64,000 bases of DNA from Halocafeteria seosinensis. Taxonomy: Eukaryota. The notes below the pieces were generated by a model that did no database searches, was not told where the DNA came from, and saw nothing but the letters and a program-made list of their open reading frames with translations. The stretch spans positions 1-64,000 of the forward strand of contig LVLI01000055.1 in the NCBI GenBank assembly GCA_001687465.1, written 5' to 3'. The translations under genes and the position numbers were made by a program. Positions 1 to 12,261 of this stretch are shown here, in pieces; within the stretch, counting starts at the first letter, position 1; each line of letters begins with the position of its first letter.

Positions 1-1264
1 GTTGTCGAGTGTGCTGAAGGACAATTCGATCAAAGTTACGCGAATCTCCAGAGGTGTTCAACGCGCAAGCAGCACTTCTTTGGCATCTCCTATTCTCTTT
101 ATAGGTGTAGTTTTCTGCCAGTACTTCTTGAAACAAGTTGTTAGGAGAAACAGACAGACAGCCGATGTGCATATCGACCTTCTTGTCTTTGGATAACTCG
201 TCAAAATATTCCAAGTAGTCTTCGGTTGGGAGAACATCCCCAGATCGTTCCATTTCTGCATTCTCTGTAAGAGCTAGGTCAACACTAATTATCACACCAA
301 ATAGTCCTAGACCTCCAACAACTAAACGAAACAACTCATCAGATGGACAGACCGTCTGTGCTCTTCCTTTCGAGTCTACTACTGTCAGTGACTTAACAGT
401 ATTTCCAATTGCACCTGAGCGAATGTTCCAACCGTGGCAATTTATCGAAATAGATCCACCGATGCTGAAAACATTTGAGGCTTGCATGGTCTGGACTGCG
501 AGTCCGTACTCGTTCACTGCTTGTTGAACTTGTCGCCACGTCGCACCAGCACCTACCGAAGCCACCTTGCCTTTAGGGCGTACCGAGACATGATTAATAC
601 GTTGCAGGTCCAACATGATGTCTCTTGGTTGGACGGGTAAAATGTTCTTCCCCTGGGAAAACCTCGCCCCGGCTACAGATACGCTCTTACCTCTCCGGCG
701 AGCTTCGCCAACGATCTCTTGAACTTCTTCCAGAGTCCTCGGATACCGAACATCTCCTTCATGAGAATTCAAGTCACCATACGGCCGTATAAACCCTTGA
801 GCATAGCGTTTGGTCTTATTATCATGAGGAATAAAGTGGTGAGTGATAGTATCCGGGCAACGCACCCCAGAGAATGTGGCCAGGAACCCCAGCAAGCATC
901 TTAAACTGGATCCTCCACACGCTTTTGCTGCTCGTTGGTGAGCTTTTTTCGCCGTAGTCGAAGTTGATGTGGTTGCTAAAACCCATTCCTTCAGAGCGTA
1001 TCCAGACAACCTGAAGACGTCGGTAATGGCCAGAGCGGGAAACATGAGTAAGCTCAGTACCCTCGAGAGGACTGCTTTGCGGATTTTCTCCTTCACAGTC
1101 GCTTCACTGCACAATTGCAATTCATCCACCCACACTGCCGGGTAGGTGACGTATCGAAATGGAATATCTTCAGGTGGTGCAGGAGCCTCCAGCCAAAGCA
1201 TAAAATTGACAGCCGCCAATTGCACTATCCGACTCACCCAGGAAACCAGGCTATCCATGGACAT
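1..1264 (-). CDS. FAD-binding oxidoreductase (FAD_binding_4 / aldonolactone oxidase-like), multi-exon, 3' end outside window
   Basis: Manual translation of ~360-660 on the minus strand gives ...MLDLQRINHVSV..VASVGAGATWRQVQQAVNEYGLAVQTMQASNVFSIGGSISINCHG..IGNTVKSLTVVD, a PCMH-type FAD-binding domain. The start codon is uncertain (ATG at 1264 or 1045). Confidence 0.7.
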   Translation of the reverse strand, partial: MSMDSLVSWVSRIVQLAAVNFMLWLEAPAPPEDIPFRYVTYPAVWVDELQLCSEATVKEKIRKAVLSRVLSLLMFPALAITDVFRLSGYALKEWVLATTSTSTTAKKAHQRAAKACGGSSLRCLLGFLATFSGVRCPDTITHHFIPHDNKTKRYAQGFIRPYGDLNSHEGDVRYPRTLEEVQEIVGEARRRGKSVSVAGARFSQGKNILPVQPRDIMLDLQRINHVSVRPKGKVASVGAGATWRQVQQAVNEYGLAVQTMQASNVFSIGGSISINCHGWNIRSGAIGNTVKSLTVVDSKGRAQTVCPSDELFRLVVGGLGLFGVIISVDLALTENAEMERSGDVLPTEDYLEYFDELSKDKKVDMHIGCLSVSPNNLFQEVLAENYTYKENRRCQRSAACALNTSGDSRNFDRIVLQHTRQ

Positions 1265-2140
1265 CTTCTTCTTCTTTCTCGTCACGTGAGAAGGCGATCT
1301 CCCATTGGCGTGCTTCATGGCACTACTCGTGGTGTGGTAAATGACGAAAAAGACGAGTTGAAACCTGAGAAATGTTTTGTGAAGTTCAGGTATGCGATGA
1401 TTGCGTGCCAACAGAATGTGACTAAAGGGGAACCATCAGCTCATAGAGCTTGTCATGTAAACTGTGCGTACGGCTGGACTCAAAACAACCTCTTGAATCA
1501 GAACTACACGGCTCTAAGTCGGGCTGTTTTCCAGTTTCAAACATTAATATCAGAAATGTTTGTCCGCTTGAACTCGTCCAATTTGGATATCTGTTGGATA
1601 TCAAGCCGTGGTCTTCAGGAGACACATTTTTCACCTCTCAAAAGGGATCAACTTTGGTAATTGACGCTTGTCTTTTCCATTCAAGGGTAGATTCGCTCCG
1701 ATAGTCTACTGCAATGCACCTACTGTAAAACAAGCTGTGGAAGTGGTGACTCACGTGATGTCGCAATCGCGAAGCATCTTCACAAGAAGTGGGCGTACCA
1801 TACCATACAGTATGCTCGGAAGAGGAGGAATTCTAGGGAAAGAAGGAATCGAAATAACTGCAAATTCCCATGGGCGTACAAAGGGAGTGCATATCGTACG
1901 TAAGCATCTCCTCTTCCACGTTGTACCAACCATGTTGGCTTGTGAAGCCTGAACCATGTATGATGAGACTGTGCATAATATGAGTAGTCATAGAAAGAAT
2001 GCGCGGATAGATAGAAAGAATCATAGTTACACTGTAGATTCCCGGTAGTACGTTTTATTGGACTCTTCTTAGCCGACAGGCAATTATTTTCTCAGATCAA
2101 TAAGCACCAGTGGCCTACGTCATTCTACGCGACTCCATGA

Positions 2141-4413
2141 ATGGCGAGGAGGAAGTTAGTATCTAGTATTCGTACTGCTTGGACCAAAGGAAATATAGTT
2201 CCGTTACCGCAAGTGCTGGAGCCCCTATTCGCAACGCAACGCGTCATGGCTGCAAATGCGCATGGAGCTCCTGGGATGAGCTCACAAGAAGGGACAGCTA
2301 CCACGGAGCAACATACACCATCTGCGCAGCTGTATGGAGTTTCAAAGACCAAGGAATACAAGTCCGCAATAGTAATAATTCCGCCGACTCAGCTATGGAA
2401 GCCGATACAGACTATACGTAGTATTCATGATAGGGTTTACCACCGATGGATGCCACATATAAACTTGTAAGTACTACCGAAGCCTTAGCTCAAGAGCTCA
2501 GCAGGAAGGAATAAACTCGCCGCTTTGTGACTGCAGAATGTATCCGTTTCTGCCAGACGAAGGAACGTGTTTTGAGCAAGCAGCTGCTACCTTGCAGGAA
2601 CGACTGAGAGACTTGGAATCGTTCCGAGTCCATCTTAACGAAATCCAGTGCTTCAAGCACAAGAAGTCCGCAACCGTTTGGCTTGGTCCTGGGGACGATA
2701 GTGAGCGCGAAGTAAGCTTAGATGCTATAACATTTGTTTTGCTTCGTCGTCCTCCAATATAAACTGCCCCTGTCCATCATGCACAGAAACTGGAAGAACT
2801 CAACCGAGCATTGGAGGAGGTGTTCCCGGAGCATAACGATGTTAGCACCATATCCGATAAGGGCTTCACCCCACATCTTTCCTTGGGACAGTTTCCTCCA
2901 CAGTCTGCGCATTCGTCGATATCCGTGATATCAGAATACTTTGGGTCTTCTGATTTTTCCTTAGGATCGAGTGCATGTGTTGATACCCCATCTAGTGTGC
3001 ATTTCGGAAGAAAGCAGGATTCAACGCTCCCCAGTTATACGGAAGAATCTGAACAAAGGCTAAGAAGTCTTGAGTCATCAAAGGAAATAACAACGAAGCC
3101 GCCTCGTGATGGCCTGTCTGCTTGGAGGCGGCTGTCGTTTATGGTAGACCATGTTCATATGATTTCGAGGAAGAATTATCATGACCCATTCCACATCCGG
3201 GCGTCAATACCATTAGGGAATACTTCTGGGGATTCCCCCAATCCGGATGGCGCTCGGTATGTAGCATGGCGGTCCCCAAACAGTCATACTAATACGAACT
3301 CGAAGATCACTCTGAATGCTTCGTCGGTTGCGGAGGGAAAAGCTGGCGCTGAAGGAAAGGAGTCAGGTACCAGCCGGGCAGCTGCGGTACTACCTGCTGT
3401 TAACGAACAAGGGTATTGGAATTTCGCTTTTGGTGCCAACATGAGCAGAAATAAAGTTGAAAAATCACGCAAACTAAAACCTTTAGAATCAGTTCCTGGA
3501 AAGCTTCAAGGATGGCGCCTCTCCTTCAGCCATCGCGGAGGAATGGGCACCATTATTCCCACAGCGCCGGAAGCTGCATTGCAATGGTTGCAAGAAGCTG
3601 TAAAATGCGATTCGGAGCTTCGAGGAGCATCGGTCCCTGAAGATTTGGTCCGGGAATACATGAACAATGGTTCAAGTGTTTCGCGAGACGTCACTCTCCG
3701 ACTACTTGAAAGCTTCCCCGGCTCACCTGACGCGACTGTTCACTCGTTGCTGGAAGAAGCCCCATGCGTTCACGGTGTGCTGCATAAGCTGCCAGAGGAA
3801 GCATATATAGAGCTGCGCCGCGCTGAGAACGGGTACGGGGATGTTGTACTAGGTTTGCATGGAAAGCCAGATGCAGCATGTGTGTTACTTTGTCTCTCCA
3901 GATATCACGAGTTTGAACTGCCAATCGAGGCCTACGATGGAAGAGTAATTATGGCGAAAACGTTTGTGTCGAGACCTGGACAAGAACTTGCGTGCGGCTC
4001 CCTCAGGCCTACTCAAAGGTAACTTTCCAGGTCGAGTGTATGTTGAACCCGGTAAAGGTAATTCCATAAAGAATGCAGGTATCGAGACCTATTGACAAGT
4101 GGAGACAAGGACTATGGAGTCGACAAAGAATATATTTCTTGGATACGTAAGTTTCCGACCGTGCATCCAAAAGAGAGGACGCGTGAATACTACATGTATG
4201 TGGAATGTTTAACAATAGTGACCTCATATGGGTGTGTACCCACTGATTTATGGCGTTTCTGTCTTCAGGAATCCCGAAGGTCCGCCAAAAAAGATAGGCC
4301 CAGAATGGAAGCCCGGAGACCCTGCTAAGCACCACGAAACACACTCTAACAATGCTCGCAAGCCTCAAACACGGGGCAATAAACGAGGTAGAGGTAGAGT
4401 GCAGCATTTTTAG
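2141..4413 (+). CDS. 2H phosphoesterase (2'-5' RNA ligase-like) fused to a gamma-glutamylcyclotransferase-like domain, multi-exon
   Basis: Two 2H-type motifs (RWMPHINLMYPF across intron 2467-2537; FTPHLSLGQF). Later WNFAFGANMS..GKLQGWRLSF..VHGVLHKL..ELRRAE resembles the GGCT/AIG2 fold. Confidence 0.7.
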
Positions 4414-4526
4414 CTAGTCTGTAAATTGGTAAAGAATTATAGAACACCACTTTTCGGCTAGTCAGTACGCTATCATAAAGCAAGAGTAGCATGTGGTATT
4501 TTTGATATTGTGTTGTGTTGAACTTT

Positions 4527-6954
4527 TTACATAGCCCCGTCGAAGTTAGCACTGTCTTTGACCTGCATCGAGGGGTCTGGCCGCACCCACTTGGTGGTGA
4601 TTTTCCGACGTCGCGTGCAAAATTCCAGTTGTCCTGTTGTAATAACAAAATGTAAGCGAGAGTATCATCATCACCACTGTAACAGGTAGAACGTACCGTC
4701 GCCTGTAATATCAAAGTCGCCAAACTTGGATCTGTTCATGCCACCAAATGAGAAGGGTTCACGCGGTACAGGTATTCCAATGTTGACGCCCAGCATAGAA
4801 GCCGAAAATCGGCGAGTAAACCAATCCGCGTTGGCACCAATAGAAGTGTACACTGAAGCGGCATTTCCATATGGGTTAGCGTTCTCAATTTCGATTGCTC
4901 GCTCATTTGTGGGGACCTGGAGAACCGAAAGTACAGGTCCAAAAATTTCATCAGTCATGGCCGGATCTTTCTCCGAGTTGCAGAGGATGATAGTGGGTCC
5001 AATCCAGTTGCCCTTTGAGAACTTATCCCCCTGTGCCAGCCGAAGAAGATAAAAATTAATAATAAATGAGAAAGGCTAATCGCATTGGTTTCGTTCTATT
5101 TCTATGCTTACCCAGCCTCGTCCATCCAGCAAGATCTTAGATCCAGACGCTTCGGCGTCGTCTATATACTTCTTAATCTTCTTGTAGGAGGCAGGGTCGA
5201 TGACTGGACCGATCTGGCCTGGTTGTTGCCCGGCGGTAAATGATCCAGCCTTTTCAACAAGCTTGTTCATTAACTCAGGCTGCTCGCCGACCACAAGCAA
5301 GACACTAGCAGCCATACACCGTTGACCAGTGCATCCGGCGAAAGAGGCGACAATGTCTTGCGCGGCCATGTCGCGGTCACAGTCCGGAAGAGCAACAAGG
5401 TGATTTTTCGCCCCGCCCAACGCAAGTACACGTTTGTTTATTGCGCTGTGCCCAAATTTTGTTGCAAGTTACTCGGTACGTAAAGGATCGCATATAGTCT
5501 CTCACAGAACTTACCGGCAGCGCTGTGCAACGCTCTCAGCGATCTTGGAAGACCCAACGAATGTCATCGCATCAACGCCTTCGTTATCACACAGTGATTG
5601 AACAGCCGTTCCCTGTTCGCAGAAAGGAAAAAGCGAGAGATACTTCTTAATGCTAGTTTTTTGGGGGTGGGGGGAGGAACACTTGGAACGCACCTCACCG
5701 CTGACGATCTGGAAGACTCCCGGAGGCACCCCGGCTTCAGTTAGCAATTCCGCTATACGAGTCGCAGTTGAAGGAACCTTTTCCGACGGCTTCAAAATGA
5801 CACTGGCCACAAGCAAAAGGATGGTTTGAGATATATGTACTGCACAGCCGAATGAGTACGTCCAATCTTACCAGTTTCCAGCAGCGAGACAGATCGGGCT
5901 CGACCATAGGGGAACCATAGCAGGGAAGTTGAACGGACAAACGGTACCGATCACTCCAAGAGGATCTCGCTGATCGTGGCAAGTAACGCCTCGGGAGACT
6001 TCCAAAAATTTCCCTTGACTAGTCTGGGGAAGAGAGCAACCCCATTCTACAGACTCATTACCTTTGGCAACATCCCCAGCGGCCTCTGTACGATTCTTGC
6101 CTGAAAAAATGAAACGCGAGGCGCAACACAATTTCATCATCTGATGTAAACTCTTCTTCATTGATTCAAAAACACACCATTTTCTTCAACGATAAGCTGG
6201 ATCAGCTCTTCAGAGTGCTCTTCCATCAACTGGTGGAACTTGTAGAGCACGGCAGCACGTCGTTTCACAGTCCAGGTACCCCAATCTTCGAAAGCCTTCC
6301 GCGCGGCATCGACAGCATCCTGGACATCTTGGGCGTTGGATACTGCGTATCTGGCGCACACTTCATTCGTAGCAGGGTTCGTCACATCCTTGTATTCGCC
6401 TGAGCGGGGAGCCACGAATTCACCGTTGATGTAATTGTCATTGATGCGGATGCCGCTGTTCTCCACGCTGCAATTCCACGAGACAGCACCCAAAAGTCAA
6501 GTAGGAAGAAACTTTCTTCTATAATAAACGAATATGAATATGGTCCCCCAAGTTACTTCGATGCAAGTGCCCTGGGACACTTGCAGTTCTATCGACGTCA
6601 AACCTGCCACATCGTTCAACGGTGGACGAGGAAGAAGCCACTCCCTCACACTCTTTTTTAACCCCCCTTTCAAGCCCGTGCGACACCTTATTTGCCGCCA
6701 AACATGTACTGAAACACGCTGAAAAGCCCCTCGATTCCGGTGTTGTACACGTGGAATGACCGACCGCGGGCGTCCTCTTCATTTCTCCTCCCCCACTTTG
6801 TTTTCTAGTATTCACTCCACATGCACTAGCATACCAATCTTATCTACCCCGTGATCATGGTCTATGGAAGCGTGGAATGGAGCGTATGGACCGAAAACCC
6901 TGCGCAGAAGGCAGAATAGACTTGTTCTTACCGAGCGCGCTTGTTCGGAGCCAT
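4527..6954 (-). CDS. ALDH6A1: Methylmalonate/malonate-semialdehyde dehydrogenase (ALDH6 family), multi-exon
   Basis: PFNFPAMVPLW, ILKPSEKVP, TFVGS, GGAKNH, AGCTGQRCMA (catalytic Cys), EIFGPVL, GVNIGIPVPREPFSFGG. Exon 1 MAPNKRAR (6954-6932) splices in frame over a 464-nt intron (6931-6468). Confidence 0.93.
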
Positions 6955-6976
6955 TGTTTCAGTTCCTCGTTTTATG

Positions 6977-6996
6977 CACACACACACACACACACA
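6977..6996. repeat. (CA)10 microsatellite
   Basis: cacacacacacacacacaca immediately upstream of the ALDH6 start codon. Confidence 0.9.
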
Positions 6997-8424
6997 ATAT
7001 TTGCTTGAACGAGTCTATTCGGACAATAGAACTCTTGTTCGCCTCGAGAACCAACAAAACCACTGTGTAAGCAATGAATAAGGGCCCTGGCGGCCCTTAG
7101 GAGTTTTAAGAAGTGTGTACCATACAGCTCCTAATGCAGGAGCACAGGTTATTTGTAACAAGTAGCCTCGGTATTCAAAAAAAAAAAAAGTATATTGAAA
7201 TGAAGTCAATGATGTGCCACATCCTAGTAGATGATCCTACTCGCTTCCAGCTTCGCGAAGGCATCCCTACCGTATTCACTAAGCACCACACGAACCCAAG
7301 CCTTTCACTTATGGTCAGTGTGCTCAAATGATTATTCTGACATTGGTAAAGGTATATGAACTTGGAATCAGTCCTATTGGAAGTTTTGATGCGCATTCGC
7401 TTCACCCTACTGTACCACTGGTACATACAGTAGAATTTTGCGCAACCGATGCCATGGCATGAATTTGCTGCGACTTTCAGTTCCTGGGAGCTTATGCGCA
7501 CACATACGATGGTGGACATACCAATGTTGCAAACTAGCAATTAAAAGCTTGCAGAGTTTGTGTTGCGGACTGCCTAGCCCCGTGCGGACCGCTGGAATCC
7601 TGAATTCCTGGAATCGTTGGCGACCGCTCAGGTTGCGAGCCAAACTATGTGGTGTGTCTCAAACTCCATTGACCCACGCTGAGCTATGTAGATATTTCCA
7701 TATGTTTCCGCAATCTCAATAGCATAGCATACTCTATACTTTCCGTATCCTGTCTATCTGGTGTGAGGGTTTCAAGCAACAACAATTTGAAACATTAAAG
7801 GACGGAAAAGATTGTCGTGTCCTAGCACGCATTTTCTGAGGCAGTGCAACATGGTGCATAGCGGGTTCGTGCTGGGATATACAGCAGTTTACACGCTTAA
7901 ATGGTGTTGAATCAGCATCATTGTATATATATCATCGTGAATCAGGTTCATATGCCACGAAATAAGGCTGGGAACATTGACATATCTTGAGAAAAGAGGC
8001 TGGGAAACGGTAAAGAGAGTGGCTGACTTCTTGCTCAGGTAAGCACCGTTTGAAGAGCCGCTGGGTCAGTTCTCGCCATGCCATACAGTAGAACATTGTC
8101 CGGAGAACCGACTCGACGAACTCTCAGTTTGGGGGAAAGACGCACAAGAGTGTGAGGGAAACTCAGGGATACAGGCCAGTTGGCGCAACCTTTTTTGTAG
8201 TTTCTTGGCCCCTGAAGCCCCCTGTGGGGGCTAGCCAGCATGTTGGCTATGGCACTCACAAATACTTTTTGAGGTTCTCATGAGGCCCTTTGGAGCACTT
8301 TAAGGGAAAAACTACGCTGGACGCTGTTAATGAAGCTCTTGGTCGTCGTCGAAGCCGTCTGGGGATCTTGTAAATACACTGTTTTGAACTTGCTTCTGCA
8401 GAGAAATACACAAAACTCGCCGCG

Positions 8425-9878
8425 ATGGGGGCCTTTCTTGATAAACCAAAGACAGAAAAGCACACACAGGTTCAAGAGAGTGCGTCTGTACGAGCTGGTC
8501 TGACTTCCATGCAAGGATGGAGAGTCGAGCAGGAAGTAAGCTTGAACTTGCAGTTGTGGTGGAGTTCAACACAGCGCTGGCTCACTGGTACTGATATTTT
8601 TTACGCAGGATGCCCACTCATTGATACTAGAGTTACCAGACAATCCTCAGGCTGGATGGTTTGCAGTATTTGATGGCCACGGAGGCAACTTAGTGTCTGG
8701 GAAAAGGTGTGTTTTTGGCCTTGTGCTCCTGCCATCTATGGCAGACGGTTGACAAGGTTCTCATCCACTGCAGCGCGGAACGACTTCATAAGCTTATTTC
8801 AGTTGATTCACTGGTACGGTTTTACTTCAGTGTTTCTTTGAACGTGTTGTATGTGCTGAAACGCATGCGTTGTTTTTTGTGCTGGCAGGAACCTGAAACG
8901 CTGAAGCCAAAGATTCGAAATGCCTTCCTTCAGCTGGATAAAGAGTTACATGAGGACCCAAAGGTCCAGAGAGGGGAGGACCATTCCGGTACAACTGCTG
9001 TGTCATGTCTATTAACACCTCAACATATGATCTGTGCTAATTGTGGTGATTCACGGGCTATCCTTGTACGCAACCGAGAGGCGAAGCCTCTATCCTACGA
9101 CCATAAACCGTTTAATGTACGTTTTCACCCAATACTGAGCTTCCTTATTTTTGTTTCTCTTGAAAAAATGGGCTACTAACGACACAGGACAAAGAGCGAG
9201 AACGCATCTATAAAGCTGGTGGCACAGTCACCATGGGCAGAGTGAATGGTGACCTTGCAGTAAGCCGCGCGTTAGGTGACTACGTCTACAAGTTTGTGTC
9301 GGTAAGTAAACCAAATGGGGTACTTCCCAGTAATGTTGACAGCTATCGCTCACTTGTGCGCTTACAGGATTTGCCTGCGGAAGAGCAACAAGTTTCTCCC
9401 GAACCGGAGTTTGTGGTAATACCGCGAGATCCTCAACAAGACCAATTCATGGTCTTAGCATGTGACGGTATTTGGGATGTTATGAGTAATGATGAAGTTG
9501 CTAAGTGGGTGCTAGACCAAACTGAAGCTGGCTGCGACAATGTCGGGGAAGTAAGTTTCATTATTGTGCTAAGGCTCTTCGGATTCTTTAAAGAGTGAGT
9601 CGTCGTCTGTACTACAGCTAGCTGAGACCTTAGTAGATGAGTGTTTAAGTCGGGGAAGCAAGGACAATATGAGTGTTATCATTGTTGCATTTGAAGCAGC
9701 CCCTCGACCTTCGAAAGAAAAAATAGAAGAATACAAGAAACGCAAAGAGGAAGAAGCCAAACGACACGAACAAGAAGATTACGGTAATACCAATATGCAG
9801 TCCAACCCTAATCCTCCCATAGAAGTTCCTATGGGAAATATCGCTTCAGAGAATCAACATCCAGGGAACAACACTTAA
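8425..9878 (+). CDS. Protein phosphatase 2C (PPM1A/B-like), multi-exon
   Basis: [79 protein letters not shown]. Confidence 0.96.
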
Positions 9879-10070
9879 GTAGTTCTTCTGTAATGCGGCA
9901 TATGGAGTTTGTAGACAGTCCTGGTCGGCAGGGATGGCCAGCGGTACCACTCAGTGATAAATATACAGCAATGCTTGGTACTTCAGTACGTTATCTTTCT
10001 TTCCACGGCTGGTGTTAATTTATACAGGTGAAACTGCTATAGGGTAGGCGTATCATAGGATGCCGGCTTT

Positions 10071-10696
10071 CTATGCCTTCAACGCGAAGCGCCTCATGGG
10101 GAAGTTGTCCTCTTTCTTCTGCTGGCGAAGAGTCCTTTTGCTAGCTTCCTTTACAGAGAGTGCTCTTCTCATGGCACGGGTCTTCTTAGGTCTCAATTCC
10201 TTAGGGTAGTATTTGGTGTTCTTGCTCTTGAGCAACTGTCGGAGTTCTGACTTCTTCTTTTGGTTCAATACGGTCAAGACACGAGCGATATCCTTGCGTA
10301 CAGTGCCAATCCGTGCCAACTTGGAAGCAGCACCTCCGGTCACCTGGGCAATTCGGAGCTGCAAAATCGAAAGACCGACAACCCATGAAAACATGTAATA
10401 TCGCTGTAGCTGCTGCATCCATCAACTACATACAGTGTTCAATTCATTCCTGAGTTCCTCCAATTTCGACAGCAACTCAGTACGGTCCTTCCCGCGGAGT
10501 TCATACGCTTTAAGTTTAGCTGCAAAACAAGATATTACCACGTGAATACAATGACTAAAAGAGCCATGAATGCCATGTCAAATGCGTCCCGAAAAACTCA
10601 GTTGCTTTCCCCTTTTTGACCCCTCTTTCCATTCTCCACCGTCATTACGCCAACGACATGTCTACACTGGATAAAATGCCCAATGAACTTACTCAT
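10071..10696 (-). CDS. RPL35: 60S ribosomal protein L35 (uL29), 3 exons
   Basis: ATG-A|GTAAGT at 10696-10693 and intron 10692-10520, then KLKAYELRGKDRTELLSKLEELRNELNT|LRIAQVTGGAASKLARIGTVRKDIARVLTV..PKKTRAMRRAL. Confidence 0.95.
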
Positions 10697-11374
10697 TTTT
10701 CCTCGTTAATGTGTATAAAAAGCCGTGGAAAAGACACTATAGTGATCTCCTTCCTGCACCAAGTCAAGCCATACGACGGAGAAATTAGCTTCTGTACGCT
10801 TTCCTAAGCAATATTCATACGTTCCAACAGCAGAGACGTGTACAAAGAATGTATCTTATCCTACTGGTGGGTGCAAAACTTACCTCTATTGTGTATAACA
10901 CCACAATACATCCAATGATAGCAGTAGTGCCCTCTCCGGCCCCCTATAGAAAACTACAAAAAGCATGGTCCTTCCGGTGCTCCCGTAAAGCCTCCCTTGG
11001 GACCATCCCCCTGGGTTAGGGGTGTCACTCACTACAAGCTCCACAAAAGTGAACGAAAAGATTGTCTTGAAACGGCGAAGGAAGCCTGTTTCTTCAGTGG
11101 AGCTGTTTCCGAGAGCGTTGTATACAAAGTAAGTTCTTCCCGTCGTCCTGTGTGCTATCTTTTCCACGCTCCCAGTGGAGAGGAAGACGAAAAAGGTGGG
11201 AAATCTCGTGTTGGGCCGGCGTATTCGGTTCCCCCTTTAGGAGCCCCCTGAAACCCTTTTTTGGCTGGATTTCCATTCACTTGTGCATTACTGTTTTACA
11301 GGTGCATAGTCGGGCCAAGCTGAACCGAGGTTATTTCATATAGACTCATTCCGGAACCGAAAGCAAACATTACG

Positions 11375-11694
11375 ATGTCGTCTTCGGGAAAAACGCAATC
11401 GGAAGAGCATCCTCTCCAGTCCCAGGTGGTGGACCCCCTCATTGAATTCTCCAAGGATAGCGTTAAGTTGTTGAATAAATGCCATCGGCCAGATCTTAAA
11501 GGTAAGCCTTCGATAAATTGTTGAGAATGTCAAGGTGGGGACGGAAAGAAATGCCGTGCTCGATTTTTGGGTTTGCAGAGTTTCGGCAGGTTGCATTCGC
11601 GACTGGAGTGGGGCTTTTGGTGCTTGGATTCCTCGGATTCTTTGTTAAGTTGATTCACATCCCGATTAATGATATACTCGTAGGAAGTGGTTAA
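11375..11694 (+). CDS. SEC61G: Protein transport protein Sec61 gamma subunit, 2 coding exons (absent from ORF track)
   Basis: Manual splice gives [81 protein letters not shown] probable 5'UTR intron lies at 11129-11301. Confidence 0.93.
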
Positions 11695-12261
11695 GCAACT
11701 TGTAATGAAAGAAAGGCAAGGAGTCGAGTTAGCTACAACCACAACTACAGATATGATCAGCGATGTTCACGTATGAATTAGCACACGAGGTAATTGTATT
11801 CCTTGCCTCCATTTATGTCCTCGAGTGCATCCTCGTGTCATCTCTTCTGGTTGTACCATTATAGAAGCGGTGCCCCCAGAACGATATCTGGCGAATGGAA
11901 GAGGAGGTAGCAATGAACATTCACAGCCATCTCAAAACTCATACCTACTGCTACGCATGCCACATTTCCGCCTTACCTCATATGCATGCTAGATTATGCT
12001 ATACACACTGGTAACAACATGTTATTGGCCCAGTAGTCGGGCTTGAAGTTGCCCCCGGTAGGTAGACGCGCCAAAACTGGTCCAAGTTTTGCACCACCCC
12101 TCGTTTTCGGCTCGTACAAGTGATACTCTGGGATCATCGATTGTCAGGGTTAACTCATACAATCGAGTACTATTCGAGCATTCGCATCCCATTTTTCTCA
12201 CGCAGTAGATAGTGTGTATACCTTGACTGAGTGGATTTCCTGCGAGCTCCGTTACAGCGCC

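Noticed and set aside
10876..11050. U1 snRNA (ACTTACCT at ~10878)
   Set aside because: No U1A loop (ATTGCAC) or Sm site downstream. Equally explained as a minus-strand splice donor.
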